A stretch of 58,624 bases of DNA, counting the filler, from Basidiobolus ranarum (taxonomy: Eukaryota), in assembly GCA_040143965.1 (NCBI GenBank). It is 7 parts of 7 records of this genome, joined end to end, with 100 filler letters (N's around TTAATTAATTAA, not from the genome) between each part and the next. Parts side by side here need not be neighbours in the genome. Positions count along the whole stretch, not along the records: positions 8,415 to 16,723 come from JASJQH010000986.1; positions 16,824 to 25,127 come from JASJQH010000987.1; positions 25,228 to 33,515 come from JASJQH010000988.1; 4 more parts are not named here. One strand, written 5' to 3'. Made by a program: the position numbers and the translations under genes. The notes beneath the pieces are model-generated. The model had not been told where the DNA came from, made no database searches, and saw only the letters and a list, made by a program, of their open reading frames with translations. The first letter of the stretch is position 1. The number at the start of each line of letters is the position of its first letter. Positions 13,648 to 25,335 of the stretch are shown piece after piece.

Positions 13648-14307
13648 TCAAGTATGTATGGTATTAAGTGTGGCAACAATGATGGCCACCATTACAACCA
13701 ATGAGGATATATTAGTAGCATTTGAAGAATTTGGGGCACTAGTCGAAGTCTTTTCTGCCTTGGAGGTTACTACACTAGTTGCTTCACTATTGGTAGAGGT
13801 TGATACACTAGTTGCTTCACTTCCAGTAGGGGTTGCTGTCTCAACTAAACCCTGGAAAATGTGATCATCTCGGCATTTTTGAATACATCTGACTCCATTA
13901 GTAGGATTAGTGAAGTCACAATTTGCCTTGCACTCTCCGATTCCCCGGACTTGCTCGTCGCATTTCTCAAGGCATTGTTTTTTACCATTGCATGATCTCC
14001 AACAGTTCTCTTGTCCATTGTTAAAATGGTGATTCTGTTCTGTTTGGGTGGCGGTGGGACTTGGAGTTATATTTGGTTTGTCTAGGACGTGATCTTCTAC
14101 ACAAGACTTGATGCATTGTCTTCCTTTATCAGGGTTGGTGAAGTCACATTTTGCTTTACATTCTCCGATACCTAGAAGCTGAGAGTAGCACTGAGTTAGA
14201 CAACTTGCATCTCCGTTACAGGCTCTCCAGCAACTTTGGTTATCGGCCGCCTCAACACTGGAAAGTACAAGAGTGGTTAAAAGAATGGAGGATAGAAGAA
14301 ACTTCAT
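13648..14307 (-). CDS. Secreted, probably GPI-anchored protein with two 8-Cys (4x CX3C) domains (219 aa)
   Basis: Signal peptide MKFLLSSILLTTLVLSSVEA from ATG 14307; duplicated Cys domain; Ser/Thr-rich stalk; hydrophobic C-terminal tail; TATATAAA about 55 nt upstream. Confidence 0.8.
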   Translation of the reverse strand: MKFLLSSILLTTLVLSSVEAADNQSCWRACNGDASCLTQCYSQLLGIGECKAKCDFTNPDKGRQCIKSCVEDHVLDKPNITPSPTATQTEQNHHFNNGQENCWRSCNGKKQCLEKCDEQVRGIGECKANCDFTNPTNGVRCIQKCRDDHIFQGLVETATPTGSEATSVSTSTNSEATSVVTSKAEKTSTSAPNSSNATNISSLVVMVAIIVATLNTIHT

Positions 14308-16823
14308 GTTGTCGCTTGATATTGATGATATGCTATGATATGGAATTACTATCGGAGTGTCTTTATATAGAAACATTATTGTTCCTAATCAGCACGAAAA
14401 GTATGGTGGCATTCAATCCCTGCTTCAACCGAAGAACGATCGTTTATGGTAACTACAGCCGTAGCCTTTAGTTCAATCTTTTACTTTGGAACTTCCATGT
14501 ACATTGTTCTTAAGTTGATTTTTCTGTATATGTATACCAGTAGGTGTATACTCTAACTCTTCTTTTGTGGAGTGAAGTCATTAAATTGGCCTAATTTCCT
14601 TATATATTGCGGCTGGCTCTTTTCGTCAAACTGGAGATCTAGAAACACTTAATCGATCGAATTAGAAAAGTTTTAGATCTTGATTGAAAATATAGCTGAA
14701 AATATAATTGAAAATACTGATGCTTGTTCAAATATTCGTTCGACGTTTGAAAGGACATTTTAGTTAACACTTTGAGAAGAACTTCTTATAAGGTCATATA
14801 TAGGCCATACAGAGATTATTGACAATACTTTCTAATATTGCTTATTTGATTAAAATATTGAAAATTCCATTCCATTCAGGGCACCAATAGAATTTGAATA
14901 TAACACCCTGATAAACTTCTACATTAATCATAAAGAATTCCAATTTCAAATCAAGTAGTGTTTTAGCTTGCGATGGTTACTATCTTTGTAGGTTATTTCT
15001 TAATTGTTGGAGTGGAGTGCTTCTCGGCCTATATCATCTGAAGTTTGTACTGGACTACTAGTTGTTGCATTTCCTTTAGATACTTTGAGCTACGTTAAAT
15101 GCAGAATTTCTGAGAACTTGTCGAACTATACTTCATTACCTGTAGTTGTAAATCTAGAACTGGATAGATACTCGACATTCTTTGAACATTAGTATTCGCA
15201 TTCTTAAAATATATACTTATATTAGAGATTATAAACAGAGCATACAGTAATAGTACCTATGTTTTCCCACACCGATTGGCTTGTTTTGTTCTTCGAATCT
15301 ATTAGATTACTTCAGTGAATTGTCAAATTTATTTTCGTGGCACTTGATCACTTTGAATACTTCTCTCCTCATGTCCAAATGATTCTGATACTAGATATCC
15401 TTATTTCATCACCGAAAATTCTGTAATCTCCCATGCAATGAACACTTCAAGCAGAAAAGTCACATTATGAGAGGAATTTATTAGATCAGCACCGAGGGAG
15501 ATAGAATTAAGCCAGTGGCAACGAGCATCATGTGTATTCTTCAGACAACAGAGGCAATCCAGAAAATTCTCTGGATTAGATCCATTAATAATTCCAGTCA
15601 GTAAGCAATAAGTATATCAACAACCTTGTAGCCGTTACTTCGGCTATTGTCATAGCATCCTTTTCTCTCATCAATGTTTCGAATAGAGCTTCAACCAACT
15701 TGGCAGTAGATTTGAGATTTGGGGAATATACTCTAACCTGAAGATCAGAAATAGATCATTTCAAACCTCTTTGCTTGTTATATGGCTTTATTAGCTTTTA
15801 CGTAGCAAAAGCAAATTTTCGAGTACAAATCCACATGTACAGTTTTCAGCTCACCTTTGATCTCTAACTCAATCTAAATTGTCAGTAATGGTAAGCATTG
15901 GAAGAGTGAATCAATGATACTAGAAATACAGGACTTTGTAGTGATACATTAATGATAGACACTTAGATAAACTCACCACCCTAACATCTTGAATCCTGTA
16001 TTCTCTCAGAATGGAGTTGCAGTAGTGAGGCCTCTTTGATTGCCTTGTGAGTGAACAAATCGTTACTACAAATGGAACCATATCTAGAACCATCAATGTA
16101 CATGATGTGAGCCTGATTACATCAACTATGGAGAGTGCAACATATTGGATGTCTTTTCTCAGGACCAAAGTATCAAACTACAAGCATTAGTAATGCTGAA
16201 GATCCATGCTACTTACTGCCTGGTGGTTTAAAAATATAACCCTCGTCATACATCATTGCTTGTATTCTAAGCCACCAACAAATTGGTAAACTTTGTTCTG
16301 TCTTAGTACACTAAAAGTAATTTAATACTGGATTGGCTGTGTGTGAAACACTATATAAACCTGAGATAAGCTGCTTCCTTTTCATCCCTCTTAGTAATAT
16401 ATATGACAAGATAATCACACCTATATTAGATGTCCCTGAGCAAATATTCGTAACACTCTCTTAAAAGAAAATGTTAAATAACTGATGTCTACTCTGACTG
16501 CTTTGACTAGGTTCTCCCATTTACCATCCAAAATGCACTCACACGATCCTAGAACCTAGGATTGATATTACTATTTCTCAACACTCTAATAATCATTCGT
16601 TCCTTTATGGAACGGCATTATTGTAGTTTTGTCATTACATTTTATTCCTCTGCCGATGGTCCTGTCCTCTAACCTTTTCCTTCCCGTAATCGACCCAATA
16701 TTCATTAACGGCTTACATTGATGNNNNNNNNNNNNNNNNNNNNNNNNNNNNNNNNNNNNNNNNNNNNTTAATTAATTAANNNNNNNNNNNNNNNNNNNNN
16801 NNNNNNNNNNNNNNNNNNNNNNN

Positions 16824-17806
16824 ATATATTTATTATAGAATACAAAGGATCTTTCCCTAGGTGAACAAGATCCTGAGTCTGCTATTATCTCCACAAGATT
16901 GGCAGAAGATAGTTCATATAGGAGCCTTCCAAGTTTATCATCAACTGTTGATGCCCTACAGGATGTAAAATTGAGCATCGATGATATTCAAAAAATGGTA
17001 GTACTTTTTCAAGTTTATGAAAAGTTTGTTCTTTGTAAAATTGTTAGACTTGATAAATCCGAATTACTTGTTCTTGTGGACCAGCATGCAGCTGATGAGC
17101 GTGTAAAGCTAGAGAATCTCTTTCAAATTTTCTTTATTAGGATTGGTGGAAACAACCTCATTGTTGATGTAGAGTCGCTACCATTTCCTATAGAGGTTCT
17201 TCTTACTCGTAAAGAGTTCGATAGTCTGCAGGAAGTTCAAGGCCATTTTCAACGTTGGGGAATAAGATGGAAATCAGTTACGAAAGAACTTGATGGAATA
17301 GGATCTCATGTTGCTGATATGTGCTCTATACATTTAACTCATTTGCCGAGGAGTATTGCCAGTCGATGTATACATGATTTTGACACAACTCGAGAGCTGG
17401 TTAAGCGACATATTTACTGGTTAGAAGAAAACCGATGGGCAATTCATCTCCAACCATTTTCATGCCACAGAACATGGGAGCAAAATTTGACCGGCTGCCC
17501 TCATGGTTTTATTGAAGTTTTAAATTCCAGAGCGTGTCGAAGTTTGTATAGCATTACCTAAATCTAAAGTTGAATCAAGTTTTGACATGATATCATAGGT
17601 GCTATTATGTTCAATGACATTCTTGATGAACAAAAGTGTCGACAGTTGATTGACTCATTAAGTAAATGTGCTAATCCTTTTCAATGCGCTCATGGAAGGT
17701 CAGTAGTATCCACTACAAATTGTGTAATAGAATAGCATCTTGACGCCAATACTTATGTTATAACAGACCTACTACTGCGCCAATAGCTATTATACAAAGG
17801 AAGTAA
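16824..17806 (+). CDS. MLH3: MutL homolog Mlh3, C-terminal endonuclease region (5' end cut by contig start)
   Basis: [12 protein letters not shown] metal-binding motif. Splicing introns 17542-17598 and 17699-17766 gives SRACRSAIMFND...PFQCAHGRP, the MLH3 signature. TAA at 17804-17806. Confidence 0.9.
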
Positions 17807-18159
17807 ATTCTGATCATTGCTGAAATATTTACTACGGCTTTTGGCTTATAGCTAGGTATACACTTCGATTATATCATTCCTGAAAGTAACTAACAGATTT
17901 TTTAATACACACAGTTACAACCTACATTTCGTATTTCTATTGCACCGCTGACTTGTGTAAGCTGAATTACGATCTACTTTTCTACTTTAGCATATCTACC
18001 AGAATACAATAAATTTTTGTAATAAATGCCATTAGACCAGACACTCTCAGTTGGTAAGACCACTCCAAGAGCATTATTAGTTATAGTCAGTATGTACTAC
18101 AATGAATGAAGAATACTACAGATGTTGTTGGAGAAATTGAAAGTATGCAACAAAGAATG

Positions 18160-19689
18160 TCAAATAAGTACAGTGGGCAGAGATATTTTCTCCAATTCGC
18201 GGTGTTGCAACAATGCTTGTAGAGCTGACTCGGTTGTCACCATTTCTGGAGCGTACAAATGCTTTAGTAAAGGGCAATTGTCAAGGATGGTATTTACTAA
18301 CAGATCTCCATCCGAAGAAGTATTGTTGATTAATTCCCCAAATGATAGATATCTTAACTTGTGACAGCAACGTAAGAATTGAACCAAATCAAAATTGTCT
18401 ATACAAATCATCTCGATTTGAAAATGCCGAATGTTTTGACAGTTTTGCGCTATTGCTTGTACTGTGTCCGAATCTATCGTGTGTTCTTGAATTTCATCTA
18501 TAACCAATTGGCGCAGGTTCGACCCAGCTTTTCGAAGCAGTTTCCGAACACTTTGCCAGGTAACAAGCCGTAAATTACGCAAAACAATCTTCCTCAAAGG
18601 AGCTCCATGCATTGCGAGAAACTCTATATCTCGGTCTCTGATGAAACAATCGACCAACTCTAGAGTTTTTAGATTTGGAAAGGCAGCGATTCTAGAAAGA
18701 GGAATCTGGCCTGAATCGTTCCTGGATATTTTTAATGTGGAAAAGCTATCATGATGTTGTTCGATCAATGACTCCAATGTTTGAACCAACTGGTCGCTCA
18801 CACCACATATCCTGAGTTCTTTCAAAGAGCCTGGATTTTGATTCTTGATCAATGTAGCCAAATCTCTGTCAAGGATGGTAATTTTTTTACTTTCGACTGT
18901 AATGCAAATTATTTCGAGATTGCGACATGATTTGGCCACATACTCAAGGTGGTTGTCAAAGGGGTGGCCTATATAATCGGCCTTCCATTGTATTTCCAGG
19001 TATTTCAAAGAACAGAGACTCATAGATTCTGGAAAGATACTCTTTAGGGGAATAGATGCGTCCCAAGCCAAGCGTGTGATACATGGGCCACATCTACTCC
19101 TAGTGACATCCCAAAGTTTTAACGCCAGTTTCTGATCAACCGCCACTTCCTCAGGAGTATACTCAGAGCTTAGAAAGGGGAATGGATCTGTCTTGACAAG
19201 ACATAGAAAATCCCGAAGTCCAATTAAATCAAATGTACGAGCTAAACATAGATAGTCGTAAGAGGGTTGGTTAAGGGCAGAATAGTATATAGATTGTAAG
19301 ACTTCTACAGTGTTTTGAAGTTCTGCTTCATCTAAAATTGGATTTATCTGATTGAAAAATGATTGCATCAAGAGATAGAGACGGCTTAGATAACCGACAT
19401 GGGAGCACAGTGCATTGATAGTAGTGATGGCGTCTAGCTCGTCGGGATCTAAAGAATCGTATTCCAAACAACTGAGATACGTTCTGAGCAATTTGGTGAT
19501 GGCTAATTTTCGTTGGTATTGCGACATTCTATCATTCAAGAGTAGATTCCAGGGGTCCCGATAAAGATACAAGACAGACACTTCAGACCAGGTTCGATTA
19601 ACAAAACAAAGGTTGAAGCAGGTATCTTTGTCGTATTTTAGCCACATAAATATCTGTTGTAAGCATGGTGAGGGTAGCTGAATAGACAT
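18160..19689 (-). CDS. F-box / RNI-like leucine-rich repeat protein
   Basis: N-terminal LPSPCLQQIF...CFVNRTW...LYRDP F-box-like motif; C-terminal CxxLxxLxL repeats; 509-aa intronless ORF. Confidence 0.85.
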   Translation of the reverse strand: MSIQLPSPCLQQIFMWLKYDKDTCFNLCFVNRTWSEVSVLYLYRDPWNLLLNDRMSQYQRKLAITKLLRTYLSCLEYDSLDPDELDAITTINALCSHVGYLSRLYLLMQSFFNQINPILDEAELQNTVEVLQSIYYSALNQPSYDYLCLARTFDLIGLRDFLCLVKTDPFPFLSSEYTPEEVAVDQKLALKLWDVTRSRCGPCITRLAWDASIPLKSIFPESMSLCSLKYLEIQWKADYIGHPFDNHLEYVAKSCRNLEIICITVESKKITILDRDLATLIKNQNPGSLKELRICGVSDQLVQTLESLIEQHHDSFSTLKISRNDSGQIPLSRIAAFPNLKTLELVDCFIRDRDIEFLAMHGAPLRKIVLRNLRLVTWQSVRKLLRKAGSNLRQLVIDEIQEHTIDSDTVQAIAQNCQNIRHFQIEMICIDNFDLVQFLRCCHKLRYLSFGELINNTSSDGDLLVNTILDNCPLLKHLYAPEMVTTESALQALLQHRELEKISLPTVLI

Positions 19690-21506
19690 AAGGATTTACG
19701 CTAACAGTATGCACAATATAGCGGCTGTGTGTATGTACAAAGGAGATTTTATACTGGTAACCAAGAATCTGGAAAGGGCAAATGCAACAAAACAAAATAT
19801 ATAGAAGTTGTCTAGGAGATCGACACTACAGAATATATATCGATCAGCATTTCACAGTGTGTGCAGGTTCATTTACATGATAGGCAAACCAATCCCAACC
19901 CTTGATCACGTTGTCATCGTCATGTGCAACGATAAATCGAAGGAAACAAAATTTTAACGTGAAGAACATTAGGAGTAAGAAGTAAAGGAAGCTATAAATC
20001 GAATGAGTAGACGCATCCAATCTGCGAAAAGTCTGTTCTATTCTAATGGAGGACTATTACAAATCTTATGTTTCAGGAATGCCTGGCACGTTAGCAGACT
20101 GCATAATTATGGGTGTCAATCGCACCTATGATTTTCCCCAAATGTATCTGTAAAGAGTCCATAATTTTGGAATGATTTACGACAATCACGTGAAGTGGTT
20201 TACTTAGCCTCTGAGTTTATATTCCTAACGTTGTGCAGAACGTGCAAGTATCTTACAACTCGGTATGTGTACATCTGGCTTTGCACGAGGATTACAGCGG
20301 GTCGGGATTAGCGGTCACGACACAAGTTCAGCACGTGCTTCACACAATTGGTCAAATTCGCACGGGGTAATACCAAATAGCTTATATACATCGTTACAAA
20401 GTTTGGCATATCAATTATTGTGCTAATTATAACAGCAATTAGCTCGCTTAAGTATTTGACACCTACTACTATAACAACTGCTTTGATTCAAAGTAAGCTT
20501 GTTCTTTGTTAGTTCTCAGGTAATATATTGAGCTTATGGAATTTCGGACTCATATTAATACGGAATGATGCTGCTACTGGGTATGGCACATTAGGAATTT
20601 CTTCCAACATTGTCATTTTCAGGGTCCATACAAGCTTTGTAGAAGCAAGGGGGCTGAAACTAAGAATGAGAAATATGAATATGCTCTAGTCCCTTGACTA
20701 GCACAAATCTCACATAGAGACAGGGGATCCTTTGAGTTTTGAAATGATCAAGAATAACATATTGATGTTAAACAAATGAAGTACCTAAGAACTCAAGAGA
20801 GCATTCATGTTGCAAATTTGAAACTATCGAGCCCCTAATTTACGAAAGAGTTTTGTCTTATGGCTCAGATCAGTACAGATACTATTATCACACTATATCT
20901 TGCTTAAACCTGTCCTAATGTGGTTGATATCAAAGAAAGTTATAACATAGTGGTGTCAGCTGTATTTGGGTATCCAAGTGATCTGTAATTTTAGCGTCAT
21001 AGTTGATCAGATTTATAAGCGAGATGACTCTAAATTCAGGTATTATATAAACTATCGGCCTAATACATGCAGCGGACGATCTTTCTATCCCGAATAATGC
21101 AGGAGAAAGTTCAAAACTAATGGATTGCTTTCACGAACTGGAACTTGAATCTGAGCAACCTAATCACCTAAGCTTGCGACTTCTGATGGCGTTGAAGCAA
21201 GGTAATACAGTTAGAACTCACAATGTGCTCCAAGTTAGCATTGCAATTTGAATCAATTCAAGAAGCATCAAATCTAGTAGAACTCGCTAGATGAGCCCTC
21301 AGAGTGAGTAACTTGTCTAACAAACTGATTCGGTCAAGAGAGCAGCAATGCAGATATTGTGATCGTCTCCTAGAAATGGCGATATGGGTGAAGACCAATC
21401 TCAGTATAGCTCAAGATTCAGGTGATTTCAGGGCATTATTTATTTCAAAGATGCAAAGTTTCTAAACATTGGCATTGTTTATGTACAGTGTGGGATTGTG
21501 AAAACT

Positions 21507-22943
21507 TCATATAGCATGATTAAGTTTAGGGGTAGAGGCTCGATGAGAAACAGAGTTCAGATTGGAATTTTGTTCAAGGAAGTCAATTTGGTCAAGATAA
21601 TTAAAATAATCTTTAAACACTTCCGAATACAGTAGGCTAGGGTAAATACTGGGAATTATACTAAAATGGTTACACCCATTGAGCTCGTTCACTTGCCATA
21701 CACCAGCCTGTGGTAACCTAGGTCGATCGTTTAAACCGGAATGATGTTCACAGAAATCAATTCTGTTTGTAATAACGTAAATAACGATTTTGAATCTAAA
21801 ATGAACAGTGAAGTTACCGACCTACATTCTCCAGGATGTACTTGCGAAATAAGGGGACAAACGCCATCGTTCTCTCGCCAACTTGACATATCCTCGATGT
21901 TGGAATTTTGAAATCTCCCAATGAGAGCCGAAGAGATCATAAGGGCCCCATTAATGCAAAATCTAGGAATATGATAGGAAGACCAATTGGGTCTGTAAGT
22001 CTTGACTAATAGTTAGTAAGCTTACTCCTCAATTTGTACCCAATGATTTACATACCATTGACGCTGCAAATGTGCGGTAATAAGTAGATTCATGAGTCTT
22101 GGCTATTTTGTTAAATGTCTCCATGGAGTGGACAGAGAGATCATAGGGAGCATTGTCAACTCCTTCAGCCCAGTCACATCCATACATCAGATGTCTTACT
22201 AACTCAATCCACGACATCCCTGTGCTGGGAGTGAAAGGCCAATGATCCAAATTGAAGTTAAAGACACGTTCTTTGAGCCACTTGATATCTAGCCACTCAT
22301 AAAGAAGAATAGCCCTATACATGAAAGAGCCGGGCGATATAGTGTGCACGCCGCCTATTTCGTCGCCATATCTTCCGACAGTGTGAGTAAGTGGAGTTCC
22401 TCGTAATGGAGAAGAGATTCCAGTTAAACTAAGAACCCAATCGGATTGAGTATCCTGGTGATCTACGAATACTTTTTGATGAAGCAGGTGTTGGAGATAC
22501 CACACGGTGTTTCCTCCCTAAAAAGCACCGTTAATGCTGATTGATATTGAAAAGCCAACCATAACTTACAAATGAGTGGCCCAGAAAATGAAGAGGCTTT
22601 GTTGAGCTCCATTGTGGATACAAACCTTCTCAATTCGAATTAGCTTTCGTGAACATCTCAGTAGCAATCAATATGTAGAATTACCTTGGTAAGTCTTTCC
22701 AAATCGTTGGTGTCCAAACTTTAGGGAATGTTCTTCTCCATAATCCACTCTCCCACCTTTCAATTGATAGAATAACTCACAAACACGATCGTGAAGGGAA
22801 GATACACAACCCAGGTCAAGGTATATCAATTGTCGTTTGCGAGCACCGTACTTTTGTAAATCGCTACCCCAATAATTGGAGCTTCCAAATCCAAGGAACC
22901 CCTCAACTAGAACCAAAGGAATTGTCTCGCTGTAGCTGCTCAT
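21507..22943 (-). CDS. Alpha/beta-hydrolase lipase (resembles bacterial family I.5/I.6 lipases and their eukaryotic homologs); multi-exon
   Basis: LVEGFLGF; SLHDRVCELFYQLKGGRVDYGEEHS; spliced nucleophile motif GHSF|GG; WRENDG (Asp); GCNHF (His); GT-AG introns link the ORF pieces. Confidence 0.85.
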
Positions 22944-23467
22944 ACCAGATGCGTGATAATGGTAATTAAATTGGCATCAGATCGAGGGACAAATCAACTT
23001 TATATAGCTAGTGGGAAGTCCGCGCACAACCCTATGATGCCTATTTTAATCGAGAATTAATAGTTATCATCTCGATCTCGAATGACGATCACGGATGATA
23101 GTCATGTTTGTACAGTTTTCATCGCACTGTGTCCCTTATCATCAGGTATTTTATATATGGAACATTGGTAAAATCGAACTATTAGGTCGAAATTTCCGAT
23201 ACGTTAGTAGACTCCACATCCATGAGGAGACCAGAAATCTAGTTAATTCGAACGTAATCTGGATTGAATACATCGAAATATCTCATAGCATCACGATCGC
23301 TCGGACGTTTCTCCACCGCACTTGTATGCATGACGGGAACACGGACTATGGCTTATATCGCCCGGATACTAATAGAATACATTTGGTGGGATTTGAATTT
23401 TTATTAAGACCAAGTGACAAGGAAGATGGTATGGATTCAATCAAAATATACCAAAACTTATGAGCGC

Positions 23468-24415
23468 TTAGAAGCACTTGTGGTGGACATTTGATGGGCC
23501 TGACTAGTCGTACTCTTGCTTTGAAATACACATCTGTTGGAAAGTAGACAAAAATGTCAAAATAGACCCACCGATTCAGACAGAATATTTACGCTCGGAA
23601 GGTGCAAGGGCAGTGATCTCTTTTTGTATTCCGTCAGCAGTACCAGGATACATGGTGGCACCTCCAGACATGACAATATTACTATAGAGATCCTTTCTAA
23701 TATCAATATGATACTTCATAATTGAGTTATAGGTGGTTTCATGAATACCAGCAGATTCGAGACTAAGGACTGGGCGCTGGAATAGAGCCTCAGGACAGTA
23801 ACTTTATGAACCAGTCAGTTAAATCACGATTTGCCAAGACAAGATATAGAATGGCAGAATAACCTTCATAAACAGGGACAGTGTCAGTGACACTATCACC
23901 GGAATCAAGAACTATACCAATAGTACAGCTGGAAATATAAAGAGATAATACAGCTTGAATAGAAAGGTATGTGTCATTTTTCTCTATTAGTTTTGGGACT
24001 AATAGGAGCTTCAGTCAATAATATAGGGTGTTCTTCAGGAGCAACACGAAGCTCATTCTGTAGAAAATAAACCATTAAAATAAGGTAGAGAAAAATGAAT
24101 TAGTTGAGCTTACATAAAAAGGATGATGTCATATCTTTTCTATATCATTATGTGTTTAATATAATATCTAAGAGTAAGGATGCCTCCTTGTAATGAGTTT
24201 CATCACTAACATACGAGTGTTTTTGACTCATGCCAACCACTAATGACGGGTATGACCAACAATAGAAGAGAAAACCTGGAAAAAAATACTCAGAATCTGC
24301 CTCCTTAATAAATAAAGTGTAGTAATACTTACCGCACGGGGAGCGTCGTCACCGGCAAAGCGGACTTTACACAAGCCAGAACCGTTATTGATAACAAATT
24401 ATAAAGCATAACCAT
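23468..24415 (-). pseudogene. ACT1: Actin pseudogene (non-processed duplicate)
   Basis: Remnants [73 protein letters not shown] and ..VHHKCF-TAA, with stops, frameshifts, internal deletions and two retained introns. Confidence 0.9.
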
Positions 24416-24640
24416 TATTACATACAATGGCTACTTTTTCTTTCGTATTAGAGTTCTGCAAGTAAGAAATGTTTACTAGTTACGTCAAATCTGTATATTA
24501 TAAGCATGATGAAGCTCATCAAAGCCCTGGTCAAACTACAACAATTATCAATAAAACCAAGGTTATATCCTTCCATTATATCGTCCACCAATAATTACGA
24601 GTTGAGAATATTTATTAAAAAAAAATTATATCAATCACCT

Positions 24641-25018
24641 TTAATCTTCTGGCTCATAAACATCTCCAACTAAATGTTCTTCGAAATATTTTATATCTAA
24701 AGTTCCTACATGTAAATTACATACAGGTTCCCATAAAGTTTCAACACGACATCTAAATGTTTTTTTTGTTCTTGTATCTGCTATAACAAATATGTTATCA
24801 GACATCGTTTTACTGTCTCCTATTACAAAAAAGTAGGGTTCTTCATCCAAGGGTTTATAACATTTAAATAATTCATCTGTACCTTTGTTTTTATATTTAT
24901 CGCCCTCTCTAAAAACTAAGTTACATGCGTATTCTCCCTCATCTGTTTTTTTCTTTAAAAAATTCCACTTTTCATCGTCTGTATAATCGGTTCTGAAACA
25001 TATTATATCATCAGACAT
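24641..25018 (-). CDS. DUF6924-like small protein
   Basis: 125 aa; RTDYTDDEKW, FVIGDSKTM and TFRC...NLHVGTLD resemble the DUF6924 pattern (RTDFSDD..W / D..T / FR...NL..ANMD); intronless and very AT-rich. Confidence 0.6.
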   Translation of the reverse strand: MSDDIICFRTDYTDDEKWNFLKKKTDEGEYACNLVFREGDKYKNKGTDELFKCYKPLDEEPYFFVIGDSKTMSDNIFVIADTRTKKTFRCRVETLWEPVCNLHVGTLDIKYFEEHLVGDVYEPED

Positions 25019-25227
25019 CTTTAGTTGGAATAACAGCGGGTGATGGATTTGGAATAACAGCAGGTGGGGGGGGGGGTTAGATTAACAGTGGGTCTACCAT
25101 AAGATCCGTTGGAGCTTACATTTATATNNNNNNNNNNNNNNNNNNNNNNNNNNNNNNNNNNNNNNNNNNNNTTAATTAATTAANNNNNNNNNNNNNNNNN
25201 NNNNNNNNNNNNNNNNNNNNNNNNNNN

Positions 25228-25335
25228 ATAGTAAACTATAAATAGGACATATTCAATTCAATAAAACTTAAGTGTCTAATTCACAAATCCAAATCTTGTC
25301 CAAAACACTTCCAAATCCCCTAAACACTTTTATCA
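25228..25335 (+). repeat. 3' end of copia family A LTR inserted into another element's integrase
   Basis: Ends ...CACTTTTATCA like other family A LTRs; followed directly by mid-integrase sequence (RSDNGG). Confidence 0.8.

Noticed and set aside
11911-14307. Acyltransferase plus neighbours as a biosynthetic gene cluster
   Set aside because: No backbone enzyme on the contig, and genes beyond the spacers are unlinked.
15019-15030. GCTTCTCGGCCT, matching the 5' end of U2 snRNA
   Set aside because: The match stops after 12 nt; no branch-point recognition sequence or Sm site follows.
15300-16300. Exon/intron-like pattern on the minus strand (possible decayed gene)
   Set aside because: Splice-like signals exist, but frames contain stops and I cannot recognise a protein family.
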